From the NCBI GenBank assembly GCA_000708835.1, contig DF237411.1, positions 1 through 64,000 of the forward strand: 64,000 nt of DNA, given 5' to 3'. This stretch comes from Klebsormidium nitens. Its lineage: Eukaryota; Plantae; Klebsormidiophyceae. Shown here in pieces: positions 23,912 to 36,416 of the stretch. Each line of letters opens with the position of its first letter. Position 1 is the stretch's first letter. The notes under the pieces are model-generated. The model had not been told where the DNA came from, searched no databases, and saw nothing but the letters and a program-made list of their open reading frames with translations. The position numbers were made by a program, and so were the translations under genes.

Positions 23912-26900
23912 TCAAGCATCAACTACCTCGATGCATGGGATGACCGCAGCGAGGTTTTCAGGATGGCAGGAAGACTCCTTGGCTGCAACAAAAGAAACTT
24001 AGTTTCAGAAGGAGACATATTTTCACTTGCGCTGCGCATTTGGAACACCAGGCAAAGGAAGCTCTTGGCTTTCCAGACTCAGGCTTGGGTTGAGAATTCT
24101 TACGGCAACCGGCAAAACATTGAGGAGTAAGACTTGCTCGAGTGGAGTCTCGATCGGCCCGGGCTTTCATTGCAAATTGCAGACACGACGGCGGACACGG
24201 ATTTCCGTAAAACAAGTCGCGATGACCTAAGGAAAACTTCGGTCTTCTTGCAAAAGTCGGTGCTATACCACATAAGAATTTCAAAGAAGGGATCGGTTCC
24301 CTCTCAGGAGTAAGAGCGTGCGCCCCATGATCCTTCTCTTCATACTTTGTCGGCGATTGAAAGAGGTTTTGAGACATCAAGGGCAGACAATCTCACAACC
24401 TTCTGCGCCTTTCCGATCAATTATAGCTCCAAATCCAAACCTCTCAGCAGTTTTTCAAAAAGGTGGCGACAACCAGAAAGTGTTTTCGAAAGGGCAAACG
24501 AGTCAGAAAGATGGCAACAATCAGAGCATTCTTTCAAGATTCAAACGGAACTTACCACCGGTGCCAAACCCGTAGATACGCGGACTGCCTCCGATCGTCT
24601 CTGGTGACGCTGCACCAGAGGGGGCTTCTCGAGCGGTAGGGACCGGAGCTCCGCGTACGAAGGCAGAGGTATGGAGTCCACCAGGTCTTCTGCAAAGGCG
24701 CAAAGAAACGGTGTCAATAATCGCTTGTTGGGCAAAAGCGTCTGCGCAGGCGACCTCGTTTACTGAAAACTGACTATAAAAGTCGCTGCAAACGAGTACG
24801 GAACATGGACTTCGTGACAATCTGGGAGTTTGCGGTCAGAAGTAACCTTCTGAATCGGCAGGAGCTGCGGCTCAAAATGCAGTGGCGCCACTGAAAATCG
24901 CAAGAGCATTTGATTTCGTCTTGTTGAATCCTAGCCTTCTGCATTTTCGTTCTCAATTTGATCCACGTTCCTGTTTTTCAGCGCCGTCGCTTGACTCGGA
25001 CGACGTCGGTCCAGCGTCTCCCACGCAATGCAAAGCGACAGCTAAAAGCGGTCAATGGTCCGGCAATGCAAAGCGACGGCTAAAAGAGGTCAACGGTCCG
25101 CAAGGGCACAGTCGCCGGTTCTCACCGTCGAACGATGGCAAGCTTATTTCGAAAAACTCTGGCTTGCTTGCCGAAGCTTCCGGCGACTTCCGGCCCGGTT
25201 CCGCTGAGCGGCTCTCATAACGGAACGGTGATGCCACCGGCGGAGGAGAAGGCGCCACGTGGCTCGCGCCGGGAGGCAGGACTTCCAGGAGCTTTTGCAC
25301 ATGCAGCTGTTCGAAGGGAGGAAACGGTTCGTTTGAAGGGACATTTGGAGCAATACACGCCGGAATCCGCTCGGTGGCTTCGAGCGGAACCTATGTTAAT
25401 ACTTGTGAGGCCTCGACAGCTGAACGTAAAGAGCTAAAGAGTGTGCGAGATGAATATTTGCAGAAACCGTGCAAAGAAAGGGGAGACAGACTCCAAGACC
25501 GTGCGATCTTTCGCTCGATCATCGTGTGCCTCCCTTCCTCCCCGAAGCAACATAGACTTGCTTTGAACTCTTTCGCTTTTGCTTTGAGCCCAGTCCCGTT
25601 GCATTTCGTGCATTTCGAATGAAGCAAGACCGTCCCTTCATCAGTCAAGAGCCACCCAGTAACAGAGATCAGCAGCTTCCTTACCTGCAGCCCCGTAAGA
25701 ATAGTCGAGGCATGGGCCTTAAACTCAGCGAAGTCGGACTTCAAGCTCCGGTTCTCAGCGAGGCATGTCTGCAAGCCCTGTAAAAAGAAAGCAGATTCAA
25801 CATTCATCTTAAGGTGATGGCGAAGAGGTATCTGAGTAAATTGAGCAAGAAGGACGAAGTAATGTAGTCGCAGGCAATCATAGATTTAGTGGAATAAGGC
25901 TTAAGCCGTGCGGCAACGCTGCAAAACCATAACGGCACCCTTTTCTCAAGGATCCTAGCTGAAGTGCGCGCAGAGTTAAAGGCAGACAGTAGTACCGAAG
26001 CAGTTGTTGCTTTTCGTATCGTGCGACATACATCAGACTCGAACCAATCTGATGAGACCTCCGGATTGCATCCACATAGATCTCGTAGCTCGCCCTCCAT
26101 CTCTCGCAATCCATTCTCCTCTGGGAGCTCCTCTGCAAAGCCGGAAGGACGGAACACAGAACGGAAAGGCTGACAGACAAGCTTACCTGAGAGAGCCGTT
26201 CCAAGTGCGCCATCGTATCCACCGGCGAGACGCCTGCCAACGCACTCGGCCTCCCTGCTTCAAACGGCGTCCGCTCCACCACAGCCGGCCGCCTCCCCGG
26301 GACAGTCCCCCCGGGCGCTTTCCCAGGCTCAGCACCAGCCTCTTTAGGCTCCGGTTTCTCCCCCGGTTCATTCCCCCGGTCTCTCCCCGGGTCACTGCCA
26401 TGAGCGGCGTTTCCAGCCGGGACTGATTGCCGGTCTCCATTTCCTGCATCCATAGGCGCACCCACCGACCGGTGCGCCGCTGCGCCGCTCGGTTCTGTCG
26501 GCCCCCCTGCAACATATTGCCTGAGAAGTACTTCCACGCCTGCGGCAGTACCCCCCGGTGCAGCAACTTCGCTTCGAGTTTCACCTTGTGATTGATGCTC
26601 TGGACGTTCACTATGTTCGACTGCGCTGTCGGACTGTGGCACTGCAGCTCTCGAGTGATCTAAACCGTCCGTCGCGGCGCCGGACCGATCATCTGCTGGC
26701 GTGCTTCCCCTTCTCGGTGCAAAGCCGCTCTGCTCACTTAAACTACCCCGCTCCGCTGCAGAAACTTCTTCACCAGCAACAGGGGACCCCACGTCATGTC
26801 TCTGCCCCCCCTCTTGTTCCCCCCCTCGACTCTCTGCACGCTCTTCCATTCCGGTGCCCTCCTTCCCCTCCCTATCCTTAACAGACCCCCCACGCCCCAT

Positions 26901-28790
26901 TCCCGAGGAACCGGGACCCTCCGCTTCGCTAAGCTCCTCAACTGGGCCCACAGCACCGCTGCCCCGCAACCCGCCCACTGCATGGCTGTCTATCTTTGCC
27001 TCCAAGTCCCGGAAGCCCCTTTCTAACTCCCCCAACAGCCCCTCGTCAACACCCCTGCCGACTCTTCCGTCGTTCCCCCCTCTGCTCCTCTCGTCGGACC
27101 CTCCTCTGCCGCTTCCGTCGGAACCCCCTCTGCCCCGTTCTTCGGACCCTCCCCTCCGAGCCTCCCCCTGAGAAGCCTCTGTTTCTGACATGAATTGCGT
27201 ACTGCCGCCATCCCCCCGCTTCTTTCTTTTCGCCAGGCTCTGAATCAACCGCTGCCTCGCCTCAAACCTCGACACCTCCTCGTCAAAATCAACAACCCCC
27301 GTCACACCTACTGCCGGTCCCGACTCGTCCTTTGCCGTTTCTTGCTGCGACGCCTGCGCAAGTTCTTTCTCTTCCCCCCTTTCCTTAGTTTCTGACCAAT
27401 CCCCTTGACCCTCGTCGTCTGCCACCTGGCGCTCCCTCATTGGCTGCCGGAGAGGACTGCGGGAATGTTCCAGGTGTTCGAGAAAGTTAGGCGTGCCACC
27501 CGGGCGCCACGGCCGCGGCTTCTCCTGGTGTCTCTGGCCCCCCTGCGAGCTCTCCTCGCTGATGAGCCTCGGCTGAGCGATGTAGCTGTGGAAACGGCCC
27601 CTCTCATCATAGCCTGCGACGTGGAATGATTAGGTACGTCACGTACATCCAAAGCAAGATGTGGACTTGATCAATGGAACCAGGGTACTGCATTTTGCAG
27701 CCAGAGGTGCTGCAAAGGCCATGTTTGAGTCTGAAGCGCTAGCTGTTTTGTCGAGTGCCACATCCTTGCAAAGAGAAGAGCATAAACTGCTGTACAGTGT
27801 CAATGAAACGCAAGCTAATGGGGACTTCTCAAGATGGACATAGTGCTCTGTGCTCCAGTGGTGTGCAGGTCCATGGGAGGTCTGTTTCACCACTTCTGTT
27901 ACCAAGCTTCTGGTAAACTGGGGTGTTTTCATTGTGCAACGGTCTGTCCGAATCCTCTCCTACCGATCATTATGCAACCTGGGGATCAAAGACGGGCATC
28001 AAGTAGGAGCTTCTGGCCTCACCAAATTGGGGCACCCAATTCTCAACATCTGAGCGGGGCACGCGCACCGCGTTCTTGGAAACCACCGCTTGCTTTCGCT
28101 CCTCTATTTCTGCCTCAGTCAGCTTGTACTGGGACAGATCATGGATAGTTTCCTGCCAAAGTACAAAATTCAGCAAGATGGAAAAAGGAACCATCAGAAA
28201 ACATGACGTTTACCATGACCTTGAAAGTGATGTCAAAGAAGATGGAAAGAGGTCAATCTGCATGGAATCAGCCCCACTGGAGTGCTAAAAGTGGACAGGA
28301 TTGCGTCTGAACATCAAGGAATTACCACATGTTCAGCCTTCGATGAATGACTCTTGCTCAGTGCTGTGCTTCCATTCCCTAAGAATCAAAAATCCAGACC
28401 TCATGAAGCACCCTCCGATAGCCGCGTAGCCTATACAGGAGTGCAGAAAGATGTGATTCGGCTCCAAGGTAGACAAGCGTCACTTGGGACTTCAGCAATC
28501 TAAAAACATTGGTGGTAGAGTCTGTGCAGTGTGAAGATAAAGAATCTTCCCGTTGCAGTTTTGACAGGGCAACAAAAAGTTTGGTGTACTCAAACCCACA
28601 TGTTTCAACACCCACACTTCATTATCAAACAAAGAATGCACAAAAGAATCCTCACATCCCAGTCTGGCCGCGGCCTCCTCTTTCTCTCTTTACCCCCACT
28701 GTGCTCAGCGTTCCGGCCCTTGCGCAGGCTAGGTGGCCCCAAGTCCCGGTAGGTGAGGAACCACTGCGTGCCTGCCTTGGACCTCTTCAT
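23912..28790 (-). CDS. SPICE1/CCDC52-like (spindle- and centriole-associated) protein; 3' exons uncertain
   Basis: Exon 28790-28656 (ends RPRPDWD|gtgagg) spliced to 28152-28023 gives PDWDETIHDLSQYKLTEAEIEERKQAVVSKN, which resembles the SPICE N-terminal motif as I recall it ([30 protein letters not shown]). This is followed by a 1427-bp low-complexity exon (27613-26187) and coiled-coil-like exons near 26.1-25.7 kb. Further exons at about 25.39-25.13, 24.76-24.56, 24.34-24.23 and 23.98-23.91 kb are tentative. Confidence 0.5.
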
Positions 28791-30374
28791 TGCTGCAGAG
28801 TTACCTGACTAGTCTTGCTGTAAACAATCTTGAGCCTCCATCAAATAGCATCTGCTCTTCAAAGCCTGCGTCAGACTAATCTAGTCAAAACTCCCCATCA
28901 GCAGCCTGCTCAAAATACGCCTTGACTGGAAACAGCAACCGTTTGCAAGGGTGCTTCATTCAGCAGCATCTGCTTTCTCTCAAGGATGCACAAAAGCCAA
29001 CAGATTCTTTGCGGTAAAAGCCCTTTGCTTTGCCTGGCAGCAAGCTTGCCTTCCCTTCTGTCAACTTGAAGTATTTAAGACTGGAAAGCGGAGCAGGCAA
29101 TTGCAATCCGAAGTCCACATCCCTAATCTGGCTGAAATGATGCTGCTGACACCAGCAATTCTTCTCCCAGATTCTCAGGAAAGCGCGCCTTCATCTAATG
29201 CCCCATTGCTTCTGAGCAGCGTGTGCCTCCTTGCCTTGCCTTCCGTGTTTTCACCGCTGTTCTTCTGTGCTCCACCCTCCCTGTCTTGGACTCTTGGTGG
29301 AAACTTCACCTCTAGAACGACTGCCTTGAAGGCAAAGGTACCTACCTGCCCTAATCTGCACATAATAGTATGACCACTGCCTTTAGACTGCTAGGTATAG
29401 GACAACACGATTCAAATGGGAATGCTCGATTTGGATCCATGCGCGATCATCGGATGGTCACAAACGCTTGTATTCATATTTCGAAACCGGTTGAAGCTGA
29501 CGGTTGAAAAGTTGTCGCCTTGCGATGTCAAAGGTCCGTCGGATAAATATCTTGGACGGCTCAGATCCCCGCACCTTTGTGTCTACAGGTCTTGGTTTCG
29601 AAGCTCATTGAATGCTGAGCCGTGAAGCCGTTCAACGGTGGCGAGCTGCTGCTGTTTCTGTTTAACCTGAATACGTTGATCGCAAGCCAGGCTTTTCACT
29701 CTGCCACTTGGTATTTTGGGTATCACTCGCGCTGATAGCATATAATAGCTGTTGAAAAGCTGCCGCCACTTTGTATGCAGTGGGGCGGCCGCACAATTAA
29801 TGCGCCCTCGAACATATTTGCGTAGGTGCCGAACAGCTTGGCCAGCCGCAATTTGCATGCCAGCGAGCTTGCAGCGGCAGACGCTTTGATATGCGCGTGA
29901 AACGCATGGTGCATGGAGATGTGACGTGTGCATGCGAAGGATCAGATACAAAAGATATGACAATTGCAACAGTGCAACCGATGCAATTTCAGACCGCCTG
30001 AATCATGATCGCAGTTAATGGTCCGTGACAAAGAAAGGATGAAGTCTAAGCGCTGGCATGTTTTTCAGTTGAGCCCGGGTTTTAAACGTGGTTTGAAATT
30101 GATTGGTCCTTTTGCGATGCAATGCAAGCGCGACGCGTACTTGACATGCATTAGCAAATTGACATAAGAACCAACGTAAAAGAGACCACTTCCGTTCTCC
30201 ATCATGGCATGCTACAGGTAACCATGTTTCGTACCATGCCACTTGCACGTGGCAGCTAATGCAAGTGGCCGCCCTCGAGGAATGAAAACAAAAGAGGGGG
30301 CTGCAAGGCAAATCCGATTTCCGAGAGCTTTGATCACGAGTGCCATCGATCGGGTATACATAATAAACACGTTA

Positions 30375-33300
30375 TCAGCAGATAAACAAGCGCTGTTCAA
30401 GTCTCCGCCTCTTGAGCGCCCCCAAGTAGTTGACGTCTCCTAGTAGGACGCCAAGATCCCCTGTCACCAGAGAAAGGGTAATTTCATTTGCCTTAGTCGG
30501 ACCCCAACACATCACGGATTCACAATTCTCACACTGCCGGACTCGTTTTGACACTCGTCACTATGGAGCGTTGTTGCTTAGGTTTTACCAACTTGTGAGC
30601 ATCGGAAGATTATATAGCGGCGCTCACCGAACTTAAAAGAATCACCCAGGAGACATCAGAGAGTCTCGTTAAATCACGTGTCTCGTCCGCTTGACCGAAT
30701 TTTAGTATACAGAGGGCACGTGTGATACATGGTCGCCCTCCATAAATCAGAAACAGAACCCGACAATCAACCGGACGAATGACAGCCCACTAGCCTGAGA
30801 TTGGTTCAGATTGTCCCATATAAGCGGAGCTCACCTTCGAATATTGTATGGACCAGCTGCAACCCCTCCACAACCAGCTCCGCGCCCAGAATGCCGTCCG
30901 GCCGGGTGTCCAGCGCGCACAATACCCCAGGCGCGCGCGCTCGCGCCACAGAAGCCTCTCTGGGCGCCAGCCAGAGCAGGTTGCGTAGGTTCATGGTTTC
31001 GTCGTAGCGGACCTTCGAACCTGCACAGGTCGAAGAACCACAGCCAGCTGGTCGCCGTTCGAACGACTTCCTTTTGCTGGTGTTCCGATCGTTTACCGTA
31101 GCGGACATGCTGTAAGTCTTACGTTGTTTCGAACGCTTGGTGAAGATCTTAAAGCGATTGCAGCATTCTGGTTTCTGCTTTGAAGTTGACCAGCAGAGAC
31201 TAGCGCTCCCATCAGCAATCTTGAATCTTGAGTTTCTCCGTTCGTGTCAAGAGCATTACCTGACCGCACAATCCGTTGATGCATCAAGTACGGCTTTGAG
31301 ATGGGAACGTTGCTGTTGCGTGAGGCCGAAGCGTCGGGATTGTCAAATATCCACGCGAAAGAAAAAGCAAAATACCGATGAGATTTTCGTTTCAGCTTCG
31401 GGCGAGTCTGCTTAGTCGCAAGCTCCACTATGGCGATATTTGTGCAAAAAAGACTCGGCATCGGAATCAACTATGAATGGATTACGGCCTCTCATTTAAA
31501 GAATTACCTCGCTGGCAGTAGCCCAGGTTGACCGGGAACGCCTCCGGGTCTTCTGCCGGGTATTCGCGAGCGTGGAAACTGCACGAAGTGACGTCACAGA
31601 TCAGCTGCAGGGGGACGAAGGGACATCGCATGCTTGAGAATGATCAAATCCAAAAGAAGCATTAAGCTCCATTGACAAGCTGCACTCCGAAAGAGTTGTG
31701 CAACAACCAAGATCAAGCTAGGGATATTTCTAGCACAGGACTCTTAGTCAGACAGGTGCTCGCATCCAGTAAGTGGTCAGGAGATCTACAACAGTGGAAT
31801 GGCTTGAAAGACCCCATTTCGAACATGAGACGAGAATCCAAAAATGGTCGAACGACGGGCAAATGGTGACTCAGCTTCAAAAGCGCAAACTTTCGCGAAG
31901 AGCGAACACGAGGATATAAACGTAATGAACAGCTCACAGGATGCCAAACCGACGGCTCTCGCGCGCGTACAGAAAGTGTCCGTGGAAAAGGTCGAAGCGG
32001 CTGAGGTTGACGGGGAAGCCAGCGACCGGGGCCGTAGCCGCAATTGCCTCGAATAGAAGCGCGAAGTAACGGCTCACAACCTGAAAGCGTACCGAAATCA
32101 AGTCTCAGGATCTGGGCAAGGTACCAACACGCTGGCGAAAACTGAGATCCCTTGGAAGATGTAGCATGGTGCCTTCTTTTGCGAGATGGGTTTCCGGCCT
32201 CACTGCGTTTGATTGTTCCGGCACTGTCCTTCCCCAACTTTTCCGAAATTTGTCAGTATGCGGCTGTATGCCGAACCCGTGCGTCATGCTAAGAGGAAGT
32301 TGCTTCAAGGATTGTTAGATCCACAGAATCATCCGCCAACGAAACGGCAGGCAATGAACCGTGAATCCTTCAAGCCTTTGTGAAAACGCTCTACACATTC
32401 TCATCCAACTCTTTTTTCCTCGAAAGGAAAGGGTTGGGCTGAACGTAGAGTACCAGCAGATCTGAGTCTGATGCAGACAAAGGAGCGGCTTGGCCGTTTA
32501 ATGCCTTGCCATTTGTCGGATTTTCAATGGACTGAAAGGCTGAGTCGGATCTTTGAGCCGGAGCAATACAGCACCTGACCGCCGAGCGTTATTCAACGAC
32601 GTTCGCTTGTGAACTTTCAATGAAATGACTGTCAAAAAACGGGTACTTTAGAAGACCGAAACGACGTCCCGCCTGCTCACTTGCTTTGAGAAGCGCTGCC
32701 CAGTTGGTGCGCGCGCCAGCTGGCAGCAGGCCTCGGTCGACCCTTCGCAGTCGGGAAACTGGCAGAGGCAACGAAAGACGAATGTCTTTAGACACTACTT
32801 CAAACTTTCTTCCGAAGAATAAAAGAGTAGATGTCGATGGAAGCTGTCCAAGATGCCGCTAAGTTTTTCACAAGATGCACTGCTCTTTTCTCAGATGCTT
32901 GCGCAAGGGATCGAGAGCATCAACTCTAAAGCCGCCCAGAGTGGGTTTTCTGGGGAAAGTGTTGGTCACGACTAAGGACTATTGATGCCTAAAAAGCGCA
33001 AGCCCCAAGAAAACCTGCATCCAACAAACAAGACGCAATCCTGCATCCAGATCCGAAGTTGCTTAGACCGTCAGGCCTTTGCTGTTCCTGATGACAAACC
33101 AACGAGCTGCTATGAAGAGTGACACATTGAGGACTGTGAGTTAAGTCACGATTGTACTCATCTGCCTCAGTATCCTGACAGAAACAGAATTCTCACCTCG
33201 AAATGGCTTGGGCTGAGGGCTCTTCGCAGGGCGCTGCCATTCCCCCGCTGCGTATCGACCGCCCTAACCAGAGCCATAACCTCCGCCGGTGGCTGGGCAA

Positions 33301-34487
33301 CCAGCGCCCCAAACCTGCCCTCTAACCCGCTTTCTTGTCCCGCTTGACGACCTGACCGACTTTGCTTTACAACGCCAGAGTTTCTCTTTCGATTTTCCCC
33401 TCTCCCTTGGGTATCAAGCAAGTCAGTGACTAGCTTCCGTACTGAAGACCTACTGATCAACACTGGCGTAGATGAAGCTCCTTCATCTCCATCCAAACGT
33501 GAACTTTCCTGATCGACTTCGAAGGAGCCAGGATCTTGACTTCCTGACGAAACTTCCACTGGGAGCTTCCCAACGAGGGGCCGTATACATGAACGCAATG
33601 CGTCAGCCCGGGGGGGTGCCACATCCTGTGCGTCAATCCCCCCACTCAGAACCGCTAGCAGATCCCTTGCACAAGCAGTCTGTAGGTCCCGGTCCCCCTG
33701 GAACCCAACAAGATGGAGGGGGTCAAATATGACGGCTAGTCAAAGACGAATGTGATTGGTCGAGCTCGCCGTGACACTAGTCAACTTGATGCCTTGGATG
33801 TTCACACTGCCACAGGTTCCATGCCCAAGTATAGGAACATTGAGAACCAAAGCCCAAACCAAAGGAAAGAGCTGTCTCCGTTGTTGCTGTACAACGGGGG
33901 TAAATTGTAGCTCAGGCAAGACAATCGGCAGTGCATGCGCTCACTAGCACGCTGCAAAAGGACAGGTCTGGTTTGATAGGTCATTGATAGGTCATCGATA
34001 GATCATCAGCACTTCTGCGACAGGTTTGATGAACAGGTCTAAGTAGACTCACCGTGTAACTTCTCACGACTGCCATCAACCCCCTTGTGCTGATGCCACC
34101 AGTGGTAGCCCTCGCTCCAATGCTGGAGAGCAGCAATCCATAGAGGATAGTCGCTTTGAAAGATGGCTTTAAGCCACTGTGCCAACGCAAAGTCTTGACA
34201 CCTGGCATGCTGACAGCTGTCAGGCCAGCTGCAGCTGAAATTTGACTCCTTTCGCAAAGCGATGATCGAATTGTGCCACAAGTACTTGCTTGCCTGCTGA
34301 ATTTGCAAGATAGTCGAACCAAATGTGGGCTGGTCACAGGAGACTGAGGATGTGCCCTGCCAGATTGTAACCTTCTAAGGTACTCCTTGTATTGCGAGTC
34401 TGAACTGGAAGGTGCACCAGGTTTTTGGAACTGCACCCAAGCATTTGGCTGACCGTGACAGGGCGCACCGAAGCAGTTCGATGGCAT
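30375..34487 (-). CDS. Conserved uncharacterised plant-type protein, 7 exons, with an N-terminal extension resembling an organellar transit peptide
   Basis: Phase-consistent exons 34487-34053, 33679-33197, 32758-32681 (FPDCEG), 32080-31938 (NLSRFDLFHGHFL), 31578-31508 (FHAREYP...FPVNLGYCQ), 31020-30835 (YDETMNLRNLLWLAP...APGVLCALD), 30460-30375 (DVNYL...LFIC*). I recognise these motifs from uncharacterised plant proteins but cannot name the family. Confidence 0.75.
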
Positions 34488-34874
34488 TGTGCAGCGGCCT
34501 CATTAGGAACAACTTCTTATTGTTGCGGCTGGCTTTGCATCTGTTGAAAAGGTGGCTTCATCACCTTTGCTCAGGGGTGCCTTAAGCTCCGTAACAGCAC
34601 TGGTCAGCTCGTGCCAATCTGCAGTCAGCTTGCTGGTCTTGACCCAGGCCCTGGAGCCCTGAGGGGCTGTGGCAGGGCAAGCTGGTGCAGGCGAACAATC
34701 GCCATATACTAGGTATATAGCACTGTATTAGCAGCCCCTGCCAGCAAATTTGAATATTCTGAAATTTTGCTTTTCTGCCAAGAAGTTTTTACCTTTGCCA
34801 GTGACGGCGACCAGAGCACCGGCGCCAGTCCACGTCCGCTCGAAAGTTCAATTTTAAAAATGGTCACGACTCAC

Positions 34875-34889
34875 GACTCACAGTGAGTC
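34875..34889. promoter_or_regulatory. Perfect palindrome GACTCAC-A-GTGAGTC (TGAGTCA, AP-1/GCN4-like) in a divergent promoter
   Basis: Context gtcacgactcacgactcacagtgagtcac at 34863-34891, between the head-to-head genes starting at 34487 (-) and 35185 (+). Function is inferred only. Confidence 0.3.
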
Positions 34890-35184
34890 ACAGAGCAGCG
34901 AAACCGGCAGATTATACCCGCCGGCAGTGGGCTGTCAAAAAAAGTCGAGAAAAAGACAAAAAGTTCTGAAAAATCAAAGCTGTCCAGAGCATGTCGTGTT
35001 CGAAGTTGCTGCGGAAGCAGTGGACGACGTCTGACAGGGGCCAGTGGCAGCGGTAGCCAGCAGCAGAGTAGTTGCATAGAAGTCGAGGAGCCACAGATCC
35101 ATCACAGGGCATTAGCAGGCCTGTAGGGACGCGTATTCTTTGCTGCACCGCCATCTCCCTGGTGTGTGCGGGATTGCTTCGAAC

Positions 35185-35823
35185 ATGGATCAGGGCAGCA
35201 AACAGAAAACCAAGCGCCCTGGAGGAACGGAGCTAGCTTCAAATGGTTCAAAAGATACGTCAGGAGCTGCAAAGAATTTACAAGCTGGGGGTAGCAGGCT
35301 GCAAGTACAGAAGAGCACCGCTAAGAAGAAAGCTGAGCGGCCTTCAGCGAGCGCAGGAGAACGCTCTGGATTGGGTGTTGGTCATGAGGGTGCTCAGAGT
35401 AGCAGGCGAGAGAACAATGAAGGGCAGGAAAGAGTGGATTTGAAGGCTGGAGCGGAGGGAGCAGCGAGGGAGCCTGAGGGTGCGGAAGAAGAGCCGGTGG
35501 CAAAGTCAGGGAAGCGGAAGGCTGGTGATGAGATTGACTCTATCTTTGGAACCGCAAAGAAGAAGGGCGCGGCCGCTGGGGACGAAAAGGGAGTTAGTAT
35601 ACCAGGTAGTAAAGTGAAGACCAGCAGTAAATCGAAGAGTAAACTAGGAGGGGGCAAAGAAAAGCAAAAACTAGGTCAGAAGCCAAAGGCTGTGAAAGTG
35701 CCGGGTGCAAGGAAAAGGACGAATGACGGGCTGACTGTCTACTCGGAAGAGGAGCTAGGCTTTGCTAAAAAGGACGCTGGTGGCACTCCTCTGTGCCCGT
35801 TCGATTGTCAATGCTGCTTCTGA
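35185..35823 (+). CDS. DUF1764 family protein, single exon
   Basis: Lys/Gly-rich low-complexity body ending in the family C-terminus ARKRTNDGLTVYSEEELGFAKKDAGGTPLCPFDCQCCF*. ATG at 35185. Confidence 0.87.
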   Translation: MDQGSKQKTKRPGGTELASNGSKDTSGAAKNLQAGGSRLQVQKSTAKKKAERPSASAGERSGLGVGHEGAQSSRRENNEGQERVDLKAGAEGAAREPEGAEEEPVAKSGKRKAGDEIDSIFGTAKKKGAAAGDEKGVSIPGSKVKTSSKSKSKLGGGKEKQKLGQKPKAVKVPGARKRTNDGLTVYSEEELGFAKKDAGGTPLCPFDCQCCF

Positions 35824-36416
35824 ACGCGCCTGTTACCTGCGGAGTCCCATGTCCTGCAACAATTTCTGGCCGACAAGCAAATGGGGGGCAGCGGAACCAC
35901 TTTCAAAGAAGAAACACTACCCTCTGGATCATATGGCTTTATGCCGTGATCGGAACGATATTGAGCTGTGCATACGGTAGTATAGATTGGATCTTGTATT
36001 TGCAGTCGAGATCTGATGCCTTGTTAGTTGCATGTCGACGTGGCCGGGACGGGCTGTTCTGTACACCCGAACTGGTCCTAGGGTACGCATACCGGCTACA
36101 CTATACCACATACCGAAGTTCATTGCAAGCTTGCAGTTTGCATGCCCGGCCATGCAGACATGTGAAACGGCTATGCATCCAATGCATGATGATGATACGA
36201 CGGCAACTTTGCACGTTTATGTGTACCGATGCATCATTTTATGGGCAAGCTGTCTACGTCCAAACGGTTGGCGACTTGAAACATATGAGTACACACATCC
36301 GTGCCACCCAGACTGCCCTTGTGCATCTGCAGAGAAGCAATGGATACAGAGCTTTCTGCAAGGTGGAGTGCGCGACGATCTACCACAATAAGCTACGATC
36401 GATCAAAACTTATTTG

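Noticed and set aside
23683-23922. 79-aa hydrophobic ORF (WWWPLYQFDS...) as a separate membrane protein or terminal exon
   Set aside because: No recognisable family and no phase-consistent splice link that I could establish.
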